A DNA stretch of 51,474 nt from IMG/VR virus record IMGVR_UViG_3300024344_000022, positions 1-51,474 of that record. One strand, written 5' to 3'. Numbering within the stretch: the stretch's first letter is position 1; the number at the start of each line of letters is the position of its first letter. Positions 25,615 through 33,703 of the stretch are shown piece after piece. Made by a program: the position numbers and the translations under genes. The notes below the pieces were generated by a model that did no database searches, had not been told where the DNA came from, and saw only the letters and a program-made list of their open reading frames with translations. The stretch is from a virus. Its lineage: Duplodnaviria > Caudoviricetes.

Positions 25615-26848
25615 AATTTACTACAATGAGATTGAACCGTTCGCCTGTTTTTGGTTGGAGAATCTTATGAGGGATGGATTCATTGCTGAGGGTCAAATTG
25701 ATAACAGGTCGATCAGAGATATTCAGCCCGAAGATTTAGAAGGATATACTCAGTGTCATTTTTTCGCAGGGATTGGCGTATGGTCGTATGCACTACGACA
25801 GGCAGGGTGGTCAGACGATAGGCCAATCTGGACGGGATCGTGTCCGTGCCAACCATTTTCACAAGCAGGTTTACACAAAGGAGATACAGATGACAGACAC
25901 TTATGGCCAGACTTCCACCGCCTCATCAAAGAGTGCAGACCTTCAACGATCACTGGAGAAATGGTTAGTGGCAAAGGTGGATTCCAATTCATCGATTTGC
26001 TACAAACAAACTTGGAGGAGGAAAACTACTCCACAACAGCGGTCGGTCTTGGAGCACACAGCGCAGGCACCACGCACTCCCAAGGGTTCCACAAAAGACA
26101 ACGACTCTACTGGGTCGCTGAAGACTTGGGCGACTCCGCTGAGGTCGGACGGGGGCGGTGGGCCAAGGAATGTGGAGATTATAAATGGAAGAGCGGTGAG
26201 AGTGTCCAAGGAAACGGGAATGCAATTCGGAATCAATCTGGCAGACGAGTCGAAACTGACAGTGGGATCTTGGATAACCCCAACGACCAAAGGATACGAA
26301 GTGGGAGAGAGCTTTTGGAAGGAGGCCAAGCGACAGATACAGAGGGGCAAGCCATGCCTACTGGCTCAAGTGTCAACGTCAGTGTGGCCAACACCAACAG
26401 CGTCCGACAAAAAAGTCTCAAGGAGAACGACAACCGACAAACAAAAGTGGATGAATCCAAACGATCCACAGCACACAGCACACACGATGTTGGATGTAGC
26501 GACTCTATCAGTCTGGCCGACACCCACAGCCAGAGATCACAAGGATTCGGGCAAAAATCTGAGCAACAGCAACACACGGAGGGACGGCAAAACGAGATTG
26601 GACACGGTTCCACGGATCGCCAACATAGCGGATCAGACCATCAGAATGACTCAGGATGGAATTACGATCTCATCTGGTGTAGAGATCAAAAGTGGCGTCC
26701 AGTTGAATGTGGAACATTCCCGATGGCTGATGCAGTTACCAACAGGATACATATCCTCAAGGCTCTTGGAAACGCCATTCCAGCGGATACGGCAAAAATC
26801 TTCATAGAGAGCTACATGGAGTCTGTGGTCGATAGATACGGTGATTAA
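25607..26848 (+). CDS. C5-cytosine DNA methyltransferase, alpha polypeptide (M.EcoHK31I-like)
   Basis: HFFAGIG (motif I), GSCPCQPFS.AG (IV), D.R.LW, GEMV (VI-like), R.RLYWVA (VIII), LKALGNAI (X). Confidence 0.9.
   Translation: MSKIYYNEIEPFACFWLENLMRDGFIAEGQIDNRSIRDIQPEDLEGYTQCHFFAGIGVWSYALRQAGWSDDRPIWTGSCPCQPFSQAGLHKGDTDDRHLWPDFHRLIKECRPSTITGEMVSGKGGFQFIDLLQTNLEEENYSTTAVGLGAHSAGTTHSQGFHKRQRLYWVAEDLGDSAEVGRGRWAKECGDYKWKSGESVQGNGNAIRNQSGRRVETDSGILDNPNDQRIRSGRELLEGGQATDTEGQAMPTGSSVNVSVANTNSVRQKSLKENDNRQTKVDESKRSTAHSTHDVGCSDSISLADTHSQRSQGFGQKSEQQQHTEGRQNEIGHGSTDRQHSGSDHQNDSGWNYDLIWCRDQKWRPVECGTFPMADAVTNRIHILKALGNAIPADTAKIFIESYMESVVDRYGD
25890..26807 (+). CDS. C5 methyltransferase beta polypeptide overprinted in an alternative frame
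   Basis: AAGGAGA SD 5 nt before ATG 25890; four W[PAI]TP repeats; C-terminal LNVEHSRWLMQLP (motif IX-like). Confidence 0.8.
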   Translation: MTDTYGQTSTASSKSADLQRSLEKWLVAKVDSNSSICYKQTWRRKTTPQQRSVLEHTAQAPRTPKGSTKDNDSTGSLKTWATPLRSDGGGGPRNVEIINGRAVRVSKETGMQFGINLADESKLTVGSWITPTTKGYEVGESFWKEAKRQIQRGKPCLLAQVSTSVWPTPTASDKKVSRRTTTDKQKWMNPNDPQHTAHTMLDVATLSVWPTPTARDHKDSGKNLSNSNTRRDGKTRLDTVPRIANIADQTIRMTQDGITISSGVEIKSGVQLNVEHSRWLMQLPTGYISSRLLETPFQRIRQKSS

Positions 26849-26940
26849 TAGCACAAAACGGGGCGGTTAACGACTCTGAGCGTTCATGGTTGTCTCCGTC
26901 CCGTGTATCTGTATGCAAAATGAAACCTCAAGAACCCTAA

Positions 26941-27384
26941 ATGGAGAAAGCAGCAATGGTTAATAGAATTATTAAGGATATCGATTTTGGTGGTGAAGAT
27001 GACAGTGAAGATGATTACGAAGGTAAGTATAATGACGATGACATCTTGCAAGTTAACGAAGAGAAAATGTCTCTGATGATAGGGGCATACGATGTAGCGT
27101 ATCATATGCTCAAATATGCAAGACCTTTCGTTGAAAAAATTTGCTCATTCAACGATGAAATATTGGATGAAATGCAAGACACATTAGACGCTTTTATGTA
27201 TTGCACCGCCAACAAAAATGAGGAGGATGTAAGCTATTGGGATGTCGTAAAAAGTGAGAACGATCAACAGTTTCGGAGTGTTAAAGATAAAGATATGTCT
27301 ATTGCAGTTACTAAGTTCCTACAGCTTTTTGAAAAAGTAAAAGGTATCGACCTCGATGCTGACAAAAAAGGAGATAGCGAATGA
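26941..27384 (+). CDS. Acidic hypothetical protein
   Basis: ATGA overlap with recombinase; Asp/Glu-rich. Confidence 0.7.
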   Translation: MEKAAMVNRIIKDIDFGGEDDSEDDYEGKYNDDDILQVNEEKMSLMIGAYDVAYHMLKYARPFVEKICSFNDEILDEMQDTLDAFMYCTANKNEEDVSYWDVVKSENDQQFRSVKDKDMSIAVTKFLQLFEKVKGIDLDADKKGDSE

Positions 27385-28310
27385 GTTTGATTGCATTACA
27401 GCATCCAATACAAGACGAGCTAAAAAGTTTTTTGGATTCGATTGCATCGGAAAATAAAAGTAGCTCAACACGGACTGCCTACCAAACTGATTTGGAGCAG
27501 TTTTTTGAAACCAAAATAATTACTCAGGATCAAGTCAAATCGATTACGATGGAGGATGTAGAAACCTATCGAAACGATTTGATTAGCCAAGGTCGAAAGT
27601 CAACAACAGTCAATCGGAAGCTTACTTCTTTGCGTAAATTTTTTAAGCGTTTGATTGCAAAAGGCATTGTCGATGTCAACCCTGCGGATACAGCTGTAGT
27701 GAAATCGATGAAGGTTGAGCCGTCTGTCATGGGCAAATCGATTAGCCGTGAAGACATAGAAAAAATGATTGAGTGCAGCCTGGAAAACAAAAATCGGTTA
27801 AAGTCAGCCAGAGATTATGCAATGCTTTTGATTATGGTTTATTGCGGACTAAGAAGGGCTGAAGTAGCCAACATGCGATGGATCGATTTGATTGTCGAAG
27901 ACGGCTATAATGTATTGCGATTGCCCAAAACAAAATCTCAGGTCGAACAGTTTGTGAAGATTCCTAAGAGGGGTTACAATGCACTCAGGAATCTGGAATT
28001 AGCCTACAGTAACTTCTATGATGTCCCAACAATAGATGGATACATCTTCACCTCAATGTCGAAACATCAGAACTTTGGAAGGCAACTGTCAGTGAATTCG
28101 ATTAGGCGTATCGTCATGGGCTATGGCAAACAGATAGGCATTTCGATTACGCCTCATATGTTCCGGCATTCATGTTGCACGTTGGCGATTGAGGGTGGAG
28201 CAAAGCCTCATCAGGTCCAAGCACATCTACGCCACAAGGATATTAAAACGACCATGCTCTATTACGATGCTAAAGATAAGTTAACCGATAATGCATCTGA
28301 TTATATTTAA
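27381..28310 (+). CDS. Tyrosine recombinase (integrase / XerCD-like)
   Basis: N-terminal SAM-like domain (T..AY..DL..F, STTVNRKLTSLR.FF), GLRRAE, HMFRH, LRH, catalytic Tyr in TTMLY. Confidence 0.95.
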   Translation: MSLIALQHPIQDELKSFLDSIASENKSSSTRTAYQTDLEQFFETKIITQDQVKSITMEDVETYRNDLISQGRKSTTVNRKLTSLRKFFKRLIAKGIVDVNPADTAVVKSMKVEPSVMGKSISREDIEKMIECSLENKNRLKSARDYAMLLIMVYCGLRRAEVANMRWIDLIVEDGYNVLRLPKTKSQVEQFVKIPKRGYNALRNLELAYSNFYDVPTIDGYIFTSMSKHQNFGRQLSVNSIRRIVMGYGKQIGISITPHMFRHSCCTLAIEGGAKPHQVQAHLRHKDIKTTMLYYDAKDKLTDNASDYI

Positions 28311-28319
28311 GAAAGGATT

Positions 28320-28745
28320 TTGATTATGGAGAGTTGCTACGGGCATAGGTCATGGAATGCATACAATGTGCATTACTGGATGGCCGAAGCTCATTGGTGG
28401 CACAGCAAAAAGAATAAATTAGTTTCTGATTTACTACGTGATTTGATTGAAAAGTCGATTGCGGATCAGGAAGGATTGAACAACGAAATGAACAACCCTC
28501 CTTGGGAATCTATATCTCGTTGTGCGATTCGTGAGATAGTTGAGGAGATTTATGAAAACCCATTAGAATATTTCCCAAAAAAGACTACACCTGAAGGTGG
28601 AGTGTTTAACAGGCTTTCAATAGAATCTGGTTTAAAAGATCGTGTTGATTATCTCGCTAAAGAATATTGCTACTCACACCCAGTGGATGATTTTGTTTAC
28701 ACTACACAGGTTTTTAAAATAGAGGACGTTTACAATGAAGGATAA
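28320..28745 (+). CDS. Hypothetical protein
   Basis: AAGGA SD, overlaps next gene. Confidence 0.7.
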   Translation: MIMESCYGHRSWNAYNVHYWMAEAHWWHSKKNKLVSDLLRDLIEKSIADQEGLNNEMNNPPWESISRCAIREIVEEIYENPLEYFPKKTTPEGGVFNRLSIESGLKDRVDYLAKEYCYSHPVDDFVYTTQVFKIEDVYNEG

Positions 28746-29037
28746 GGCTTTTTTGATTGCAAAATTACGTGTTGAATTAGGATTAAACCAAGCTGAATTT
28801 GCAAAGCAATTAGGTATAACCCGTTCGCATCTAAGTGCCGTGGAATCAGGTTTAGTTCCCGCATCTAAAATGATTATCCGACACGTAGAAACAGCACGGA
28901 ACTACAAGGAATTGATTGATATTTGCCTTGAAATGTTAGATAAAGAAATATCAAAAGACGGCAGCATTCATCCAAAAAGTATTTGCAAGAAATTGGAAAA
29001 TTTCATAGTTTCATTAGATCCTCCTATGGATGAGTAA
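28735..29037 (+). CDS. XRE/Cro-family HTH transcriptional regulator
   Basis: LRVELGLNQAEFAKQLGITRSHLSAVESG. Confidence 0.9.
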   Translation: MKDKAFLIAKLRVELGLNQAEFAKQLGITRSHLSAVESGLVPASKMIIRHVETARNYKELIDICLEMLDKEISKDGSIHPKSICKKLENFIVSLDPPMDE

Positions 29038-29045
29038 AATGGTTG

Positions 29046-29086
29046 ACGGTCAGCAGGGTTCGAGACACTCTGTTGGCCGTTTTTTT
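29046..29086 (+). terminator. Intrinsic terminator
   Basis: Stem acggtcagcagggt/actctgttggccgt followed by a T-run. Confidence 0.8.
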
Positions 29087-29103
29087 CTGGAGAGTAAATT
29101 AAA

Positions 29104-29202
29104 TTGAAACTTGACGATTACCAACAATGGATAATTTTAGTCGCACTCATGTATGTTTTGACAGCCCTTTTAATCCCATTCCTTAAGGAGATAGTAAGAT
29201 GA
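29104..29202 (+). CDS. Small single-TM peptide (32 aa, MKLDDYQQWIILVALMYVLTALLIPFLKEIVR)
   Basis: Read by hand; TTG start after GGAG; ATGA overlap with 29199. Confidence 0.55.
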   Translation: MKLDDYQQWIILVALMYVLTALLIPFLKEIVR

Positions 29203-29690
29203 GCGAATCACCCACAATGGAGTATCCACCCACCATCAAATGGGTTCCTGGAATCAAAGAAATTACCCATGGAGAAGATGCAAAAGGTAAGCCACAACTA
29301 CTGTTGCCGGACAATCAGTATATCAGTGTCCATTTTCCTTGGGGCGATTTCCAAGAGCTAAATAATCAATGGGGCGTAAGCTACAAATTCAACGTCAATA
29401 TTGATAATCAAAGATATACGATGTTCGCGGATAAAAAATTATATCAGGCTATTTTTGATTACGGCATCCGTGAAAACCAAACCATTCAGATCAAACGAAC
29501 GATGACCGATTTTGAGAAAAATGGTGAGGCACGTAAGTACAAAACTTATGACCTAATACCTCCAGAGGGTGAACAGAAGCCGTCAAGTGAGCCTGTATCA
29601 CCATCGGAAAAAGCTAACCAAGCAGAGCAGTCCAGAGACAGCTTCTTGCAGGCAGAGGAGTCTGAGGACATGTTTGGAGGTGACCTATAA
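29199..29690 (+). CDS. Hypothetical protein, possible ssDNA-binding (OB-fold-like) protein
   Basis: Aromatic beta-rich core, disordered linker, acidic tail EESEDMFGGDL; upstream of rusA. Confidence 0.45.
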   Translation: MSESPTMEYPPTIKWVPGIKEITHGEDAKGKPQLLLPDNQYISVHFPWGDFQELNNQWGVSYKFNVNIDNQRYTMFADKKLYQAIFDYGIRENQTIQIKRTMTDFEKNGEARKYKTYDLIPPEGEQKPSSEPVSPSEKANQAEQSRDSFLQAEESEDMFGGDL

Positions 29691-30202
29691 TGGATCTCAA
29701 AGAACGTGAGAAGATTCCAACATTGGGATTTAAAGCCGGAGTCCCTGCCGATTTAACGATCATCCATGTAGGCTCATGGCCTTGGGTCGTAGGGGCAAAC
29801 GATACCCAATACAAATTCCACCCAGATAAACATGTGCAGGTTCTCACGCAACTGCGGAACGAGAGCCTGCGGGAAGGCGATACGATTGGCGTTACGGCGA
29901 ATTTGACAGACGATAAGAAAGTTGTTTTTGATTGTCGAATCGTGGCTCGGTATTCTCCTCCAGAAGGCAGTGAAGCCCATGTCCATTGGATGTTTGAGGC
30001 TATTTCATTACATCAACAAAGGTGTATGAACACGACCATATTGAATGTTAAAAAAGCTTGTGAGGCAAATGGATTATCTTTTGAGATTACGCCAGAACTA
30101 CTACCTGCTATCCTATCGTCTGCCACTGGTTTAGCGATTGAGTCACACAAGCGTTTTAACTGCACCGCATTCCACAGCGACCCAATGGATCTGCCATTCT
30201 GA
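29690..30202 (+). CDS. Hypothetical protein ending in SSB-like DLPF tail
   Basis: TAATG coupling; C-terminus SDPMDLPF. Confidence 0.55.
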   Translation: MDLKEREKIPTLGFKAGVPADLTIIHVGSWPWVVGANDTQYKFHPDKHVQVLTQLRNESLREGDTIGVTANLTDDKKVVFDCRIVARYSPPEGSEAHVHWMFEAISLHQQRCMNTTILNVKKACEANGLSFEITPELLPAILSSATGLAIESHKRFNCTAFHSDPMDLPF

Positions 30203-30576
30203 TGCAGAAATTGATTGTCAAAGGTGATCTTCCATCGCTTAATCAAGTGATTGCTGCCTCTAAAAAACATTGGTCGCACTACGCCAAAGAGAAGAAAAAG
30301 TGGACAAACACGGTCTATGCGGAAGCTCTGTCGCAGAAGCTTAAGCCTGTCTCAGGGCCGGTGTGGATTCGATGCGAACACTACTTAAAAAATAGACGGG
30401 TCGATCCCGACAATAAAGCGATTGGTCTAAAATATGTTCTCGACGGCTTACAGGTCGCAGGGGTTTTACCAGAGGACAACATGGATTGGATCATTGGCTT
30501 TATCCACACATTCGAGATAGACAAAAATAACCCAAGATTGGAGGTGTATCTACAACCAGAACCAGAAGGCATATAA
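30202..30576 (+). CDS. rusA: RusA-family Holliday junction resolvase
   Basis: LPSLN, RRVDPDN..(K)..LDGL..AGVL.ED, PR.EV motifs. Confidence 0.85.
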   Translation: MQKLIVKGDLPSLNQVIAASKKHWSHYAKEKKKWTNTVYAEALSQKLKPVSGPVWIRCEHYLKNRRVDPDNKAIGLKYVLDGLQVAGVLPEDNMDWIIGFIHTFEIDKNNPRLEVYLQPEPEGI

Positions 30577-30693
30577 TTTTTCTGGCTGTTGAGGTGTGGG
30601 AAGGCATCTCAGGGGGCGGTCAGGAATAGGGTAGGTCATTGACACCACAGTGGCCTACCCACACTTCTACTCACTTAACCATAGGAGAAGCAA

Positions 30694-30909
30694 ATGTTAG
30701 AAATAGAAACAGATATCACGATCACCGTTAATGCTACAGGCGTGGAGGCCGGAGAAGATTTATCACCTACGGAAACCGACCCAGGTTCCAGTAGAGGTGC
30801 GGATAACATCAAAGTTTTTTTCGGTAAAATTGACATCACCTCAGAAATTTATCCTCACCACATGACATCCATTGAAAACCTCTTACAGGACGAGATATAC
30901 GATGCATAA
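30694..30909 (+). CDS. Small acidic hypothetical protein
   Basis: TAGGAG SD. Confidence 0.7.
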   Translation: MLEIETDITITVNATGVEAGEDLSPTETDPGSSRGADNIKVFFGKIDITSEIYPHHMTSIENLLQDEIYDA

Positions 30910-31333
30910 ATTACCCATATTGATGACAAAAGAAGTTTCTAAAATGTTTAATATTCCAATGCGTACGATTAAGTATTACACAGAATTAGGTCTTGTCAAC
31001 TTAGCGAACCATAACCCAGGCATTGGGAACAGTAGGCGATACAGCATCCATAATATGATAAACATTTTACTCGCATTTAGATTGGATAATTTGGGAGTAA
31101 AACCGCCAGTGCTTGCACTTAAAGCAGAGCAACTTAATTTAGGCATCTCTAAATATTTGGAGAATCCAAAAACCGCCTCTCGCTATATGTCTATCTGGAT
31201 CACATCGGATATGGAGACAAAAGTATCGTGGCACACCAGCACAAATTTTCCTTACTCTGCGTCTATTTTGATGGATTTAGCAAGTTTACATCACGAAGTT
31301 GAAAGAACACTTTCAGCGAGTATGGTGACATGA
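30902..31333 (+). CDS. MerR-type HTH DNA-binding protein (start reassigned to MHKL)
   Basis: TKEVSKMFNIPMRTIKYYTELGLV.......G..RRYS. Confidence 0.85.
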   Translation: MHKLPILMTKEVSKMFNIPMRTIKYYTELGLVNLANHNPGIGNSRRYSIHNMINILLAFRLDNLGVKPPVLALKAEQLNLGISKYLENPKTASRYMSIWITSDMETKVSWHTSTNFPYSASILMDLASLHHEVERTLSASMVT

Positions 31334-32061
31334 TAGGACATGCGGACACATATGACGAGGCGGTAGCTTTGATTAATAAATTAGAGCTACCTTCCGGCAC
31401 GAAGATGGCAATGAAGAAGGACATTAAATACGGTTGGACTTGGGCTGCCATGAACCCAGGATTGCTCCGTAACAAAAAGAAAGATTTACCTCGATTTACG
31501 CTACAAACCCTAAACGATGATTACATCCATATAAGCAACCAGTGTCTACAGGAGATGGCCAACCATGCCAGAGGACGAGTACGGTCAACCGATAAAAGAA
31601 TTAAAGATTATAAAAGAGGAACCTCCAAAAATCTCGCACCTGCTCAAATTGCACAAAATGTTTCCCGAGGACATCCCAGACGATCCCAGAGAGAGCAATA
31701 TGACTATGCTCTGGGCTTGCAAAAGTATTTCGAGGATGCTGGATATGGGCGAACCGAGGTCATCACCCAAGATACAATCGTTACTGAGTTTGATCGACTT
31801 GGAGCTACACTGGATGCGGAGAAACAAACAAGAGATCGAGCAGAAGCTGAAAAACAGACCAGAGGTAGCGATACGATACGAGAAACGGGGCAAAGCTCCG
31901 ATAGAGTTGCCGACATCAGTATATCAGAGACTGAGAGACGTGGGCCTGAGCTACAATCACGACACTCAGTTGTGGTCAGGTTGGCAAACGGACGAGATGG
32001 TTATTACCGCAAACGAATTACTATCCACGCAGGGAAGGCTGTTTTAGATGGTGACTTATGA
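31330..32061 (+). CDS. Hypothetical protein (243 aa)
   Basis: ATGA overlaps at both ends. Confidence 0.6.
   Translation: MIGHADTYDEAVALINKLELPSGTKMAMKKDIKYGWTWAAMNPGLLRNKKKDLPRFTLQTLNDDYIHISNQCLQEMANHARGRVRSTDKRIKDYKRGTSKNLAPAQIAQNVSRGHPRRSQREQYDYALGLQKYFEDAGYGRTEVITQDTIVTEFDRLGATLDAEKQTRDRAEAEKQTRGSDTIRETGQSSDRVADISISETERRGPELQSRHSVVVRLANGRDGYYRKRITIHAGKAVLDGDL
31565..32047 (+). CDS. Nested alternative-frame protein ending in QGRLF
   Basis: AGGAG about 10 nt upstream; protein-like composition; fully inside 31330-32061. Confidence 0.5.
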   Translation: MPEDEYGQPIKELKIIKEEPPKISHLLKLHKMFPEDIPDDPRESNMTMLWACKSISRMLDMGEPRSSPKIQSLLSLIDLELHWMRRNKQEIEQKLKNRPEVAIRYEKRGKAPIELPTSVYQRLRDVGLSYNHDTQLWSGWQTDEMVITANELLSTQGRLF

Positions 32062-32429
32062 AAAACCGAAAACACGGATGGAAAGACAAGACAAACGGTT
32101 ACCGGTCCTGGCGATACCGATGGAATATAGGTGCTGTCCACGATGCGGATCAGATTGAATGGCGTAACGGCAAACCCGTAGCTGTATTAGAGCTAACCAC
32201 GAACCCTACGATGAATGAACATGTGCAGAAAGCGGTCAGGCATAGGCTCTGGACGCAGTTCTCAGGCAGGTCATTACGCAAGGTAGCCAAGGCATTAAAC
32301 GTCCCGTTTTACATTGTGCTGTTCACCCACGACCTAAAGGATTTTGCTATATGCAACTTAAAAAGCGAGGAAAGCGAATGGCTCGATATGGGAAAAGAGG
32401 ATTACAGGCGGTGGCTATCCTCTTTTTGA
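32058..32429 (+). CDS. Possible restriction-endonuclease-fold (PD-(D/E)xK-like) protein
   Basis: D.D.IEW...KPVAVLE.T core and A..L.VPFYIV. Confidence 0.5.
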   Translation: MKNRKHGWKDKTNGYRSWRYRWNIGAVHDADQIEWRNGKPVAVLELTTNPTMNEHVQKAVRHRLWTQFSGRSLRKVAKALNVPFYIVLFTHDLKDFAICNLKSEESEWLDMGKEDYRRWLSSF

Positions 32430-32493
32430 TCGTGGTAGGTAAAAAAACCTATGACAGGTTTACCCGTTTTGATTATGAGGAGCCTTTAGGATT

Positions 32494-32691
32494 ATGATAA
32501 AATTTATTATTGCAAGCCAGACCAACCCTGACGAGCCATATGAGGTGTGGGCTAAAAGGATGGACGATGGCTTTGTAGCATGGCAATGTCAATGCAAAGG
32601 CCATAAATATAAAGGCACTTGCAGGCATGTGTTGCTAGCTCAAGAATGTGTTGAGGATGGATTACGAGAAATGATACGAGTCGAAAATTAA
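32494..32691 (+). CDS. SWIM zinc-finger protein
   Basis: WQCQC........CRH. Confidence 0.85.
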   Translation: MIKFIIASQTNPDEPYEVWAKRMDDGFVAWQCQCKGHKYKGTCRHVLLAQECVEDGLREMIRVEN

Positions 32692-32773
32692 GGTAGAGGC
32701 CGTGACAGGCGTGACCTCTCACCCATGAAAAGAATCACAATATAATAAAGCCCGTCACGACACTTCGATTACC

Positions 32774-32944
32774 TTACTTGCTATGAGCGTCTACATATGC
32801 TTGTCCAAGCACATACGCTGATGCTACCAGTGCGATAGGCCATGTCACCTCTACGGCACCGGTCCCGGCTGCTGCTCCGATTGCAGCGGTTACGCCTAAT
32901 TTACGACTACCGAGTTTTTCTTTTAAATCATTAAGAAATTTCAT
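32774..32944 (-). CDS. Putative holin (two short TM segments)
   Basis: KL.SRKL motif then hydrophobic segments, Y..GQ..VD; AAGGAG SD before M-T-M. Confidence 0.6.
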   Translation of the reverse strand: MKFLNDLKEKLGSRKLGVTAAIGAAAGTGAVEVTWPIALVASAYVLGQAYVDAHSK

Positions 32945-33131
32945 TGTCATCTTCTCCTTCTGAATCATCTGCACTGGAAAGCCCTATAAGCTCTTCTAAT
33001 GCGGTTATAGCACCCGATTGACGCTGTATGAGTGCTGTGAGTTCCTGCACACGGGTTTGGGCTTCCTGTAGCCCCTGTAGGGCTTCTTGTCGATTGCCCT
33101 TTACTTCTTCAAGTTTGTTTTCTACGGACAT
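32931..33131 (-). CDS. Small coiled-coil protein
   Basis: Heptad pattern, GAI.ALEEL motif, AAGG SD. Confidence 0.7.
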   Translation of the reverse strand: MSVENKLEEVKGNRQEALQGLQEAQTRVQELTALIQRQSGAITALEELIGLSSADDSEGEDDNEIS

Positions 33132-33148
33132 TTGTTACCTTTCATGGG

Positions 33149-33301
33149 TTATTTGCGTTTCTTGGCCGTCTTAGCCGACTGCTTAAATGCCTTCGCCGTA
33201 GGCGCACCTTTAGCACCTGGTTTACGCATTTTTTCTCCACTGCCTTTAGCTATCCTTTTTCGCTTGGCGTGGATATTAGCATACAATCCTTTTTTAGCCA
33301 T
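33149..33301 (-). CDS. Small basic protein (50 aa, MAKKGLYANIHAKRKRIAKGSGEKMRKPG...)
   Basis: Read by hand; GLYANI.AKR.RI..GSGE.MRKPG.KGAPT is a motif I recognise from aquatic phages. Confidence 0.8.
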   Translation of the reverse strand: MAKKGLYANIHAKRKRIAKGSGEKMRKPGAKGAPTAKAFKQSAKTAKKRK

Positions 33302-33304
33302 ATC

Positions 33305-33592
33305 TCACCATTTTGTCTTGTGGCTCCAATAACGAGCCGACATTTTAGATGGTTTACTGTCTTGGGCATTGTGTCTGGCGTAATAGGATTTCTTACGTGC
33401 TTTTTCTTTTGCCGTCTTTGGATTGCTTCCGGCCCCTTTTACACCCTGTTGACCGAATCTGATTGTCTTTGTTTGACCTCCGCTTTTTGCGACAACCACA
33501 TGACTCTTGGTTTTGTGATTCGGAGTCCTCTTGGGTTTGTTGTACGCGCTTACCCCTGCTCTTGCAAGTTTGGGGTCTTTTTTCTGTGTCAT
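33305..33592 (-). CDS. Basic conserved phage protein (95 aa)
   Basis: NKPKRTP.H..KSHVV.AK, IRFGQQG, R.KSY.ARH, SA.YW...KW motif. Confidence 0.85.
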   Translation of the reverse strand: MTQKKDPKLARAGVSAYNKPKRTPNHKTKSHVVVAKSGGQTKTIRFGQQGVKGAGSNPKTAKEKARKKSYYARHNAQDSKPSKMSARYWSHKTKW

Positions 33593-33693
33593 TACTTACC
33601 TCGCTTTTTTGGCTTTGCTTTCTTCTTAGCTTTAGCGGCAGCTTTGACACCTTTTGCAGTATACGGAAACTTCTTTCCTTTAACCATCGGCAT
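33592..33693 (-). CDS. Small Lys/Ala-rich basic peptide (33 aa, MPMVKGKKFPYTAKGVKAAAKAKKK...)
   Basis: Read by hand; GAGGAGG SD; TAATG coupling. Confidence 0.75.
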   Translation of the reverse strand: MPMVKGKKFPYTAKGVKAAAKAKKKAKPKKRGK

Positions 33694-33703
33694 ATGAGCC
33701 TCC

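Noticed and set aside
25607-26848. Frameshifted methyltransferase pseudogene
   Set aside because: Both frames are intact, motif X lies in the alpha frame after the overlap, and the nested frame has its own SD.
25756-26854. Several minus-strand ORFs over the methyltransferase
   Set aside because: Shadows of a doubly constrained plus-strand region; no expression signals.
30629-30660. Hairpin gggtaggtcattg/cagtggcctaccc as a terminator (similar hairpins near 26858-26905 and 32701-32759)
   Set aside because: No U-tract on either strand; may be processing or stability elements, but function is unsupported.
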